Source: Felis catus (lineage: Eukaryota). From it: a stretch of DNA of 64,000 nucleotides. The first letter of the stretch is position 1; each line of letters opens with the position of its first letter. Position numbers and translations under genes: made by a program. Shown piece after piece: positions 36,340 to 48,591 of the stretch. The DNA is taken from contig NC_058383.1 of assembly GCF_018350175.1 (NCBI RefSeq), positions 16,060,001-16,124,000 of the forward strand, given 5' to 3'. The notes under the pieces are model-generated. The model was not told the DNA's origin. It worked only from the letters and a program-made list of their open reading frames with translations, and did no database searches.

Positions 36340-39058
36340 CTGAGGGGACAGAAAAAACACATGTACTTTTCCTAGTTGGGTGAATAGAGACCAGGCTCAT
36401 CAAGTAGAGGTGAAAGTGACTTTATTCTTGAAGTAAATGAAAAACACTCAAACCTGAGGAGAACATTGACTGTTCCTACTCAGTATAAAACTTTACAACT
36501 GGCCAACTCTCATGGAACAGGTGGGATAGGGGAGAAACCTGAAAAGATAGTTGATGTTAACTCTAGTGGAGACAGAAATAATTCGTCTGCTTTTCTTTAT
36601 GCTTTCTCTCAGCCCAAATGAAACAGCTTTTAATTCCAAATGCAAAATAGACAACATGGAAATATAAGATAGCACATTGAAAAGACCCAAGAGTCAAAGG
36701 AGGAAATCTGTATCCAGAGGTGTTCCATGAAATTGGATGCTGAGAGATAAGAAAAGGAAAAAAAATGGAGAGTGAAGAAAGCAACATTTTGAGAGCTGAG
36801 CAGGTTTTTTTTTTTTTTTTATCAGAAATAATGTTTATTGGACTCCCCTCCATAAAAAAAAATTGCTTATGGAAATAAGATTAGTATCTTTTCCCTTTGG
36901 TTCCCAGAACACCTAAAAAAGGAGATGAGAGGGAAACAGGGGAGGAAGGAGAGAAAGAAGGACTTGGTGAGAACTGGGGAAATCTTCAAGAAAGTTGGGG
37001 GGCAGGTCCATGCTTTTGCTTCTCTGCTCTCCCTTCCAATTCTATAATTGGCACAAGAAAGGATTCCAGCCCTACTTTGGCTTATCTCTCATATTCTTAA
37101 ATCCATGCCTGTTCCTCAAGTATTTAGTTAGGGAGGAAAGCTGTGAGCTGGTAAAGTCTGCTCCCCCACCACCTCTGGAATTTTCCCCACGGAAATAGGA
37201 CACAATAAAGTCAGACAATGCGAGCATTCACACCAGGGCAGCCAGGGATGCCTTTGTTCTGGTGAACCAGAATGAAGCTTAACTAAATATGCTGTGAAGC
37301 AACTTAAGCAAAGTGGAAAGAGAAAATGATTTTCCACTTCTAGATATAGCAAAATACATTAGCAATAGCGCTTGGATCTAAGCAGATCCGATGAGTTACA
37401 AATGATCATTTTCATTATGGCCTAATGAGATCACGGTTGAAGTAAGTTAATAAGGATTAAAGTTAATGAAAAAGGGTGCCTATATAGTTTGTTTTCTTTA
37501 AAGTTGTGTCTTTTTTTAGCCCCACTTTATTGACGCATGACTGACATACAAAAAGCTGTACATATTTAATGCATACCACTCAGTGAATTTAGGAGTCAAA
37601 TTGTGTCTTCTTGGGGTTATACGGTAATTAGATTGCTTAAACATTTTAAACATTCAGAAATGCTACCTGGATCACTTAAAAGGCAGTGCGTGATGATACT
37701 AAGTGTCTAAATTTAGCTGTTTTGATAACAGCTCTCTTTGATTAAAAGAAGGAGTTTAAAAGACACTACCTAGGAGTACTCTGGGACAGAAATGATGATA
37801 GCGAGATTGAAACAGTGGTTGTGGGATGAAGGAGAGGGAGGCACACAGAAGAGGTGGTCCAGAGGTACAATCAAATAGGACTGGGAGAGCAAGCATATCA
37901 GGTGGGGAGCATGAAAGGAGAATCAAAAGAGGGCTCCCAGGTCCCTAGGTTAGATGGCCAGGTTTGGCATGCGGCTTCAGTCACTGAGCTGGCAGATGAA
38001 AGAGGGGCAGTGCCACCACGCAGCCAGTCAACACACTCTGACCAAGTGACTGCAGAGGGCTGTGTGTTCTCCAGATTGCTGCCAGATTATGGACAACTCA
38101 CTTGCCCTGGCTGCCTGTCTTCACAGTTACAAAATGAAGCTTGTTTTAAGACTCTGCTAACATTGTGTTTAACAGTTGGTGTAGATATTCAGAAGCCCCC
38201 AGATAACGTACACATTTAATAAACTTTATGGGTAAACAAATTAAATAAAATGAATTCCATGAAGACAAGAATTATGCCTTTTGGATATCCCATTTGGTAA
38301 TCCCTCATTATGCACAATATGCCATTTAACAAGCATGCTGGGAGAATGGTCCTTGGGGTGGGGGACAGGGGACCAAGAAGGTGGCAAGGAACAGAGGGAC
38401 ACAGCCCTAGTGACACCCTCCTCTACCTTGCCTCACTCTTGTCCATTCCTTTCTATAATCCAATAATTTAAAAATAGTTTCCCAAATATAAAATGCATGC
38501 TTCATTCAATGACAGAATAGACAATGTTCAAATTTACTGAGAGGGAAAACCCCCCATTTGGAGGGGCGATTGGGTGGCTTAGTCCATTAAGCGCCCTACT
38601 TTGGCTCAGGTCATGATCTCACAGTTCGTGGGTTCGAGCCCTGCATTGGCTCTGTGCTGACAGCTCAGAGCCTGGAGCCTGCTTCAAATTCTGTCTCTTT
38701 CTCTCTCTCTGCTCTTCCCCCATTCATGCTCTGTCTGTCTGTCTCTCTCACACACAAATAAACATTTAAAAAAATTAAAAATTTTGGAAATATAAAAAAA
38801 ACATACATAGGTCAAAGGAACTGAAAAAGAAAAAAAAAGCTCAGTTAAATGTTATTAGAGAAAGCAGAAACAATTTTAAGGAACTTGGTGTTTATACAGA
38901 CCGGTATGGTTGGTTTCTTGCCCTCTCTTTTCCATTTCTTGTCCCTCTCAAAGTGTGGGTTTCATTGACAAACTTGGGGAAAGAGGTGTTGAAGGAACAT
39001 TCATTATTTAGAAATCCACTGCTGCCCAAGGGCTACGTTGAGTCATAACTAATACACT

Positions 39059-39352
39059 TCAACTGGGAGCCTGTAACAATGATTTCTCTTTGTGTGAACT
39101 CTTGAGCAACACACACTCCTGAGCTAAAGACACTCCACTCTTTTTGCAATTGGATGGAGCAGATGTAGTAGGAGAGACAGGCATCGTCTCCAACATCAAA
39201 GGAGTGAATGAAGATATTGGTTTGAGAAGCCAGTGATTTCCCAAGAAGCCTCCACAGCCTGATCCCACTGGGCCTTCCCAGGCACAGAATGTGAAGGTGA
39301 AGGAATCTGGGGCTGGGTCATATTTTCTCAGAGTCCCTGCTCAAAACTTGGC
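39059..39352 (-). pseudogene. Degenerate C2H2 zinc-finger exon remnant (copy B)
   Basis: Acceptor ttcctttgatcactccag|G, then PSFEQG...SNCKKSGVSLAQECVLLKSSHKEK. 51/57 aligned positions identical to copy A (39097-39152 vs 36231-36287). Confidence 0.5.
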
Positions 39353-39384
39353 CTGGAGTGATCAAAGGAAGTTGACGTAGCTCC

Positions 39385-41950
39385 TCCTCATTGTCCTGCT
39401 CCCTCTCTTGTCCCTCCATGTTCAATTTCTCAACAAGCAGCTAGAATGTTCTTTAAAACAAAGACAAGTTACTCAACCATCCAACAACCTCCAAAATTCT
39501 TAGAATAAAAACCAAAAACCTTACTAGGGGCTCAGAAACTCTTTCTGACAGACCCCCATGATCCTCTGACATCATCTTCTGCCTCTCTCTCCTGTTCTGG
39601 CCACACTGGTCTCTCTGTGGTTTCTCAAACACACCAGGCACATTCCTTTCTCAAGGACCCTGTACTTGCTGATCTCTGTGTTGGAAGACTCTCAGATCTT
39701 CATGTGACTCCATTTCTCACTTCATTCAAGTCTTTGCTCAATTCATCTTGCAGAGAGGCCTTTCTTAACCCTTCCTCTAAGCAGTACCCCCTCATTCTCT
39801 ATCCCCTTGCCCTGCTTTTTCTTCATAGACTTATCATATCCTAACCTTACATTATATATTTAATGCTTATTGTTTGCTTACCCTCACCTTCTGGGAGAAG
39901 GAATCTTGTACTTGATGAATGAATGAATGAATGAATGAGAAAAGAGTGATTCATGATAACCAGTGAAAGGTTATTCCCTTTAAATTAGTTCAGATTCAAT
40001 AATAGGAAATGCCATCAGATGAAATGTTTCAATGGTAGGTAGGATCTCCATATAAAGGTGGCAAATCCCAATATCTCCCTCCATTGATAATCATTCATTC
40101 TCAAGACATTTATTGTATGCCTAGTATGTGCCAACTACATTCTGAGAATGAACAAGATGAGACTCCTGCCATATGGTGCTTAGGCCCTAATTTGGGGAGG
40201 AGGACATACAATTTAAAAAATAAATAACAAGCTAATTTTTTAATGTGATATATGCTCTGAGGGAACTAAGCAGGGTGATATTATGGGAAGGAGAATGAGT
40301 TCCTTCTTTAGACAAGATGAGAGAGAAATCCTCTGTAGAGCTGATGCTTGAGCTGAGGCCTGAGAGACAAGAAAGATCTAACCATAGCATGGAAGTCTAT
40401 TTCATGCAGGGAAGAGCATGTGCCAGGGTCCTATGGAAGAAAAATACTTGGTATTTATAGGAGCAGAAAAGAAACCCTTTTGCTGGAGCACAATGAACAA
40501 GAGGCAAGGGTTAGAAGAGGACAGGCCCAACCAGATCTAAGATTTGGTCTTGTTTTTATTTTACTTTTTTATTTTATTTTATTTTATTTTATTTTATTTT
40601 ATTTTATTTAACTGAATTCTAAACCATTAAATGCTGTCAAGTGTAGGACTGACATAATATCATTTATATTTGAAAGTCACTCTGTATATCAGTTATCTAT
40701 TGCTGTATAACAAACCATCCTAAGCTTAGTGGTGTAAAGTAACAACAACATTCATGATTAGTCTCACAATTCTGGAGGCTGATTAGACTCAACTAGGTGG
40801 TTTTGCTCAAGGTCTCTTGTGTAGTTGTCTTTAAATATTGACTGTGACTGGAGTCATCTGAAGGTTTCTTGGCTCAAATACCTGGTGGTTAACGTGAGCT
40901 ATCAGCTGGGACCTTAGCTGGGGCTCTGATGGAACACCTACATGTAACTTGCCCATGTGGCCTGGGCTTTCTTTTTTTTTTTTTTTAACGTTTATTTATT
41001 TTTGAGACAGAGAGAGACAGAGCATGAACAGGGGAGGGGCAGAGAGAGAGGGAGACACAGAATCTGAAACAGGCTCCAGGCTCTGAGCGGTCAGCACAGA
41101 GCCCGACGCGGGGCTCAAACTCATGGACTGTGAGATCATGACCTGAGCCGAAGTCGGAGGCCCAACCGACCGAGCCACCCAGGCGCCCCTGGCCTGGGCT
41201 TTCTTAAGGAATGGAAAATGAGTTGCTAGAGAAATAATGCCAAGAGAGAGAGCCAGGTGGAAGTCATATCATCTTTTATGACCTGGACTTGGAAGTCATA
41301 GGCATGTGACTAAGTCCATGTTCAAGGGAAAAAGAAATGGATTCCACCTCTTGATGACAGAGTGTCAAAGAATTTTCAGACATGATTTAAATAAACCACT
41401 ACATCCTGGTTCCTGAGTGGAAAATAAATTATATGGGGACAACAGTGGAGGAAGGGAGAACAGCTAGGCATCAATGCACTATTCAGGAAAAAATGACAAT
41501 GGATTGGAGATGAAAGACATGCAGAATACTAGGCCACATTTGGGAGGTACAAATAACAGGACTTGGTAGTGGATTGGATGTGGAGCATAAGAAGGATGAC
41601 TCAGGCCTTTGGTTTGAACAACAGGATGAGTATCGGTGCCATTTACTCCTATGGAGAACACTGAGGGAGGAACAAGTGACTGGGAGGCAGGAGATGAAAA
41701 CCAAGAGTTCTCTATAAGACATTTGGCTTTTGGGATGCATACTAGATATGCAAGTGGAAATAGCAAGGAATCAATTGAAACTTAATTTAAGTTCAAGAGA
41801 TGGGTGTACTCTTAAGGTATAAATATGCCAGTTATTAACATATACATAGCATCCAAAGTCAAGGATAGAAGTAAATCACCTATCCAAAGGATGTAGTCAG
41901 ACAAGATGACTAATCCTAGAGATGCTACAACATTTAGGACCCTATTTGGA
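39385..41950. mobile_element. L2 fragments flanking the MLT1
   Basis: L2 3' motifs (cattcattctcaagacatttattgtatgcctagtatgtgcc; tgaatgaatgaatgaatga tail). Confidence 0.6.
40684..41405 (-). mobile_element. MLT1 LTR with nested CAN-SINE (~40973-41189)
   Basis: cagttatctattgctgtataacaaacca...; SINE TSD TGGCCTGGGCTTTCTT. Confidence 0.8.
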
Positions 41951-41959
41951 AGAAAACAT

Positions 41960-43345
41960 AGCCTCATTTTAGAAGAAGATGCCCCTAAAAGTGCTTTGCA
42001 CTACAGATTAATTAGGAAATAAGAGCACAAGGATAAGAAAACAATACCACAGAATGAGATAAAAAGGAAGATTATAGACCTAAGCAAGGAAGTAAGAGAG
42101 ACCAAAATACCACTATTAAAATCTAATCAATTAGAAACAAGGAAGAGACTCAATATGATCAAAAATAAAAATTAATCCTGAGATAACCATAGTGAATTTA
42201 GAGGATAAAAGAAACAGATTAAAGCACTCCTCCCAAATTATTGATTATGAAAATTACAAAGAGACAATCCAGGTTGTTAACCGGTGGCCCCGAGGTAGAG
42301 AACATAAAACATGAAACAGGAAAAGTGTGCAGAGATATAAAAGAATGTAATCAGCAGTCAAAGGGCACACCATATACCTGGAAAAATTAATATAGAATGA
42401 CTGGCCCAGAGCCAATCCTGGCTAAGCTATTGGGCAGGAAAGCATGACCTACACATGAGAAGAATCTTCAGGTAGGCTCAGAGCTATCCATATCCACAGC
42501 CAGTGCCAGGTGATACTAAAGTCATAACTTGAAAGGAAATCTAGAGTCATAGCTCAAAGGAAGAGAAGAAGAAACAGACAGTGAATCTAGAATATTCCAC
42601 TCATAAAGATGTCATCCAAGTATAAAATCATTAAGCACAAACTCTCAAACACCAACTGAGGAAATAAAGCACATATGAGCTAAAATGGAAGCTGAAGATT
42701 TGGGGCGCCTGGGTGACGCAGTCGGTTAAGCACCCGACCTCAGCCAGGTCACGATCTCGCGGTCCGTGAGTTCGAGCCCCGCGTCGGGCTCTGGGCTGAT
42801 GGCTCAGAGCCTGGAGCCTGTTTCCGATTCTGTGTCTCCCTCTCTCTCTGCCCCTCCCCTGTTCATGCTCTGTCTCTCTCTGTCCCAAAAATAAAATAAA
42901 TGTTGAAAAAAAAATTAAAAAATAAATAAAATGGAAGCTGAAGATTAAAAAGAATAATCATATTTTCATTATCTTTTTTATAACCTTAAATGATTCTTGA
43001 AGAAACAAATATCACTTGTGCATAAGCATTTATCTGAAGTTCAGAAAATCCCCTATCTTTAGTTTCATTAGCTTCTGCTATATCAAGTAAAATTAAAGTT
43101 AAGACATATATTTAAAATACACGTAAAATATGTAAAATTGTTTTTATCTATTTGTCTATCTATTAAACTACATATTTTCACAGAAAGAGGTATGAAATGA
43201 TTATCACCTAATGCTAAAGACAGATTTGGCAGGTGGGGCGGTTGGTGGTAGGAGATTTCATGATTTGTTACTTTCTCCTTTGAACTTTTGTATATGACTT
43301 GAATTTTATATAATTACAAATTATTTTTATAAAAACAATAGTCAT
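41960..43345 (+). mobile_element. Ancient L1 ORF1-like remnant (HAL1/L1ME-like) with a young CAN-SINE at 42702-42926
   Basis: aaagggcacaccatatacctggaaaaattaatatagaatgac ORF1-like motif followed by an L1ME-type 3' end; SINE TSD TAAAATGGAAGCTGAAGATT at 42681-42700 and 42927-42946. Confidence 0.55.
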
Positions 43346-45532
43346 TCTAAAAATTTTTTAATGAAAGCAGATATTAAGAGTTATAAGCAATAATATTTGT
43401 TCAGCACCTACTACACACTAGATATTTTGCACATATTGGATAATCTAAGCCACATATAACTCATCAAGGTACGAATTATAAATTCATTTTCTGGAAGAGG
43501 AAACTGAGGTCCATGGGTATTTGTTAATTTTCTAGAGTCACACAGCTAGTAAAGGCAGAGTCAGAACTTGGCCTGATGCCAAAGCCAATGTCCCTCCCAC
43601 TGGCCTGCCTCCTGGTGGTTTTATCAAACTCAACTCCCCACCCCCACTGTGTGCACATGAATGTTCACATACACACATTTCCATCTGCCCAGATCGGGAA
43701 CTTGTTATGACAAGCCAAATGCAATAACCCATTTCCTGACCAAAGCTATTATTCATTATCTTTATGATTTGGGAAATAGCTGCTGATTTCACCCTGAAAA
43801 GGGTCATACTTAGGTCTTAAGAAAAGTAGTAATTACAGACCTTCTGTTCTGTGTGGAAAGATATGATATTCAGATATACCCAGCCCTTTGAGATGCTCTG
43901 CTGGCAAGTGGTTGAAGTGCAAAGTACTATTGACTCATGGTCCTCTCTGTCCACTTTCATTAGTGATGTTATTTTGCTCTTTAGTGTTTGTTCTAAGATG
44001 GTTTCAAAAGCCCAAGGGAGCTTATCAATTTCTAGGTATTCAAATATCTCTTCCACAATGAATGTTTGTGTGATATATATACACAAATCAAAAAGTAAAT
44101 TCTTAATGACAGATGAAAGCAAATGGCAACAAAAGCATAACCCATGCTCCCAGGCCATGCTAACTCTAGGCTGGAGATGAAAACTGAGGCTACCACCATG
44201 GCCCTAGGAGAATGCCATTGGTTTTGCTCCTACCCACCTGTTTTCTGGGAACTCCATCTGCTATAAAATCCTGAGTTGCCCTGGGCATGTATCACACGTG
44301 TTCTTGGCTACTCCATTGGATCTTCCTCTGATGCACATTCTTAATTTTGTCTTCTGGCATTGTGGGGCCCAGTGTAACAATGGTTGCCAGGGTCATGGCC
44401 CACCTGAGACCCCATTGCTGCCACAGTATCCACACAAAGCTAACCCTACTTCCACCTGTCCCTCCAACAATCTGGTTTCCACAGAGTGGTATATGTAAAA
44501 CATGAATTCCCTGGTTCCAGAGGCATTCCATTACACATCCCAAATGGCTCGCCATGGCCTGTAAGACTTTGCAAGTTCTGATCCCATCTGCCTGTCTAGC
44601 AAGTTTAATATGACTGTGTGCTGGAGGAAAATGGATGATTAAAGGAACATACTGAGCAGACCTCTCAGACTTACTTTTCCTTGACCCTGGCCCATCACTT
44701 TTGAACCAGACATTTGTGCCTTTGTGCTCTTTCCTCCTGATGAGCCCTTTGTTAACAGACCCTGACAGTCCTGCACCAATCTCCCAGATTTGCCAGGAGG
44801 TGGGTGCTGAGAAGTTTCGATACCCTCATCACCTTTATTTAACAGGCGTCACTAAAGTCAGGTCGAATAAACCTAAGTCACTATAATCTAAGTGAAAGGG
44901 GTGTGTCATAACTTCAAGACAATCAGGTAGCTGCAACCCCCTCCAAACCCAACCACCCCCACCCAATTTCTGCCTCTAAGTTTTCTGAGGTGGAGATTCT
45001 GAAGCTGCCACTGATGAAAACTGGTATGGAAAAAAATATGAAAAAAGGACTATGGGATCTTGGACTGAAGTCTCCAACTTAAACTGGAAACGTAAAGAAG
45101 GTGGCACAAGTTTTAAGCCCAGTTTTAATGTCAAATAAGAGTCATCATGAGGGCTATGTATGTCTAGCTAAGCAATTCTTTTGTCCAATTAATTAGTGGT
45201 ATCTGGAGTAGGCAAATGCTCCCCCAGGAGATTCCAAAAATGACTACTGAGGGATAGAAAGAAAATGCTAGAACTTCTATTTATATTTATTTTTACCTTG
45301 GCCATTTACATTCTTCTTTTTGTATATATTTTATATTCATATATTGTGGTTGCATGATCAAAAACATTTTACTGATGGGGATGCAGGAACAAAGTATAGA
45401 GACCACTGCTGTAAAAAATATGAGCCCATTTGAAGAATTTAAGCCAGGGGATGACAAGATCAGGTTTTATTTCAGTAAAATCACTCTGAAGTGTGGAGAA
45501 TGAATTAATTTGAGGTGAAAACACAGGCAGAG

Positions 45533-45945
45533 GGGTCACCTAGGTGGCTCAGTCGGTTAAGCATCCAACTTTAGCTCAGGTCATGATCTCACGGTTTGTG
45601 CTTTGGAGCCCCTCATCCAGCTCTGTGCTGTCAGATCCTCTGTCTCCCCCTCTCTCTGCCCCTGCCCCACTCATGCTCACTCGCATGCATGCTCTCTCTC
45701 TCTCTCTCAAAAATAAATAAACATTAAACAAAAAGAATAAACGGGGAGGCTGGGTGGCTCAGTTGGTTGAGCCTCCAACTCTTGGTTTCGGCTCAGGTCA
45801 TGATCTCACGTTTCATGAGATCTCTCCTGACCATGCAGAGCTTGCGTGGGATTCTCTCTCCCTCTCTCTCGCCTCCAACTTGCACTTTCTCTTTCTCTCA
45901 AAAATAAATAAATAACCTTAAAAATAAAATAAAATAAAGAAAAAC
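45533..45945 (+). mobile_element. Tandem head-to-tail CAN-SINE pair
   Basis: Two SINE heads at ~45533 and ~45743. Confidence 0.85.
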
Positions 45946-46224
45946 AAGAAAATAGAGGAAGAGGCTCAAGGTTAAGAGATATCTGAATCCTTCAACTGAA
46001 GCAGTGGGAATAGGAATTGACTGGGGAGTGAGGACAGAGACAGAGGGAAGAGAGGATGAGAAATATTTAGCAGACAGAATCAACCAGACCTGATGGCCAA
46101 TATATAGGACAGCAAGGGAAACAGACAAGTTTCACATGACTTTTAGGTTCCTAGCCTATGTGACTGAGTGGAACCAGCATCCAGGATAAGGAAGCCAACC
46201 ATGAGGCAGGAGCTGGATATTGGA

Positions 46225-47812
46225 GAAACTGCCTATGTCATAGAAGTCTGCCAACAGGAACAGGTCAGAAGCAAGAAGGAAAACTTCCTGCAACGTCTTC
46301 TCTGTTACCCTCTACTGACAATGCTGGACATCATAACAGCTGGCCAAGAAAACATATTTAAAGGGCCCATCTTTATTTCTGCAGAGCAGACAATGAAGAA
46401 AGCACTAAAGCTGAGAGGCAATAGATTAATAATAACTGATATAATTCACTTTTGGCTTCTCAGCTTCCACAAAAGATTTTCAGTTTCATCTGAGTCCAAC
46501 TATATGTTCCTAATCCAAGTTTTAGTATCCCATTTTTTACCAAATGATGCCCCAACTTTACATAATGCCCTAGTTTCACATGGGAAACTTTTACTTTCAC
46601 TTGGTGAGACTGTAAGTTCTTGTAATTCAGGAACTCACACTTAAATTTGTATTCAATTTTCAAAATTAGCCCCATGGATAGGAGAAATAAGAGATTCTTT
46701 TAAGGCTGTTATGGCAACTCTTCTGTTTGCAGACCATGACTTAAGCTGAGTATTAAAGACTTAAGCTTGTTGGTTTTCTTTCTGTAAGTGCTCAAGTGCA
46801 CTCTCAAAAATCCACCCCGCACCATAGTCTTCATAGTCCTCATTATGTCATGAAGGTCAAGTGCAGCATCCACTTAACCCCCAAGGCATGTGCTTCAGTT
46901 GACATTTCATCACAGTAAGCATAAGTGATAGCTTGATTAATTGTGATGTCACTGATGTCATAAATTACCCACATCTCATTTTCCACTGACAAGGAGCTCA
47001 GCACTGCACTCAAGGACAAAGGCATGACCAAACTCATCACCAAACCCCGTCTTTGTGGGTCTATATCCTGGTACTACTGATACCAATTCTGTGTCTGTCA
47101 GGGTCTAATCAGGAGACATAAACAACACAGAAGTTGAGCAGGTAAAGTTTAATATAAAGAATTATTAAAACAGAGGATCAGAGTAATGAGAGATTGGCCA
47201 GTAAAAAGTAAAAAGATCTTTAAAGAATACGAGAATAGCAGATATAAGATGTAGCTACTATCCTTAGGTTGAGATAGAGTGCCCAAGGAAGGGATCCCCT
47301 GCCCTCAGGGCTGATATCCAGAACTTTCTGGAGGAGAGACAGTTGTGGGGTATTGAATGGAAGAAAGTTGTGGTGCAGCCCTGGTGGAGCTGCTAGAAAT
47401 CTGCCCTCCAGAACTTGTTAGAAATCTATCCTCCAGAGCCCTAGATTAAACTGTTAATTAAGAGATATCTCACTGGAGGCACTCTACTATATGCCACTCC
47501 AGTGGAGTGCTGGGGAAAGCTGCTAGCCATTAGGTGCTACTAACCATGAAACACTACAGGAGCCTGGTGCTGGGAAGCTCTGTGTCTGTGGAATAAGTGC
47601 ACCAGAACCAGGGCGGGGGGGGGGGGGGGGGAGGGGGGGAGGGGAAGCCCCTTCCTCTTCCTCTTGCAGTATTTATCTAGCCTCCTCTACTGACAGTGTT
47701 TCATATTGTGTCAGGTGGCAAAGGACACATTTAAAGGACCCACTTCCATGTTCACAGAGCAGGCCTTGAAGGGTGAATTTGGAACAGTTATCAATTGATA
47801 ACTGGTACATGA
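46225..47812 (-). mobile_element. ERVL-class provirus remnant: LTR, deleted internal region, partial LTR
   Basis: Direct repeats ~46280-46445 and ~47660-47810 (ctctactgaca..atttaaagg.ccca..cagagcag..ataactg); PBS-like TTGGTATCAG next to the LTR at ~47078-47090; purine-rich PPT-like tract at ~46447-46468. Confidence 0.65.
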
Positions 47813-48560
47813 TACATTTCCACCTGCCAAGGAAAGAAGAGAAGAAAGAAGAAGGGGAGGGTGGAAGGAAGAGAAGGGAAACTGGATCTTCCACATTTGC
47901 AGACTCAGTCTGAGAGGGACAGAAGAAAGACTGTCACAACCACACAGGTTGGAGCCACTGTAACTTCAAGACTGCCACCCTCCCCTGGACCCTTGATGCT
48001 TCCAAGAAGCTGTCTGCATGTCTTGAGTCAGTTTTTTCCCCCATGTTCCTCAGATGCTTCTCTGTGCTCTTCATGTCCCTAACCCCAGGAGTCTGTCCCT
48101 CACTTGCAGACAATGACTCCATCTCCTATTTCACAAAAACTTGGAAATCATTGACAGAAACCTCCTCAACTTTTGCCCCTAAATCTATGTGCTATCCTTT
48201 ACTTCATCATTTTCACTCAGGCTAGAAAGAAAATGCTAATCCCCCATCCAGTGAATTCCCTCTTGCCTTCTCTAGAACCTCACTTATCAATTTTTTTCCC
48301 ACTGTCCTGTATCTTTAGTCCATTTCTTCTTTTCAGTTCCTTCCCATTAGCATATAAATTATTCATGTTTCTGGGGCACCAGGGTGGCTCAGTCGGTTAG
48401 GCATCTGACTTCACCTCAGGTCATGATCCCACGGTTTGTGTGTTTGAGCCCTGCCTCGGGCTCTTTGCTGACAGCTCAGAGCCTGGAGCCTGCTTCAGAT
48501 TCTGTGTCTCCCTCCCTCTCTCTCTCTCAAAAATAAATAAACATTAAAAAAAATTATGAA

Positions 48561-48591
<31 letters not shown>

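Noticed and set aside
46168..46644. 158-aa ORF
   Set aside because: Runs across an LTR/internal junction on the antisense strand, starts at GTG and has no recognisable domain.
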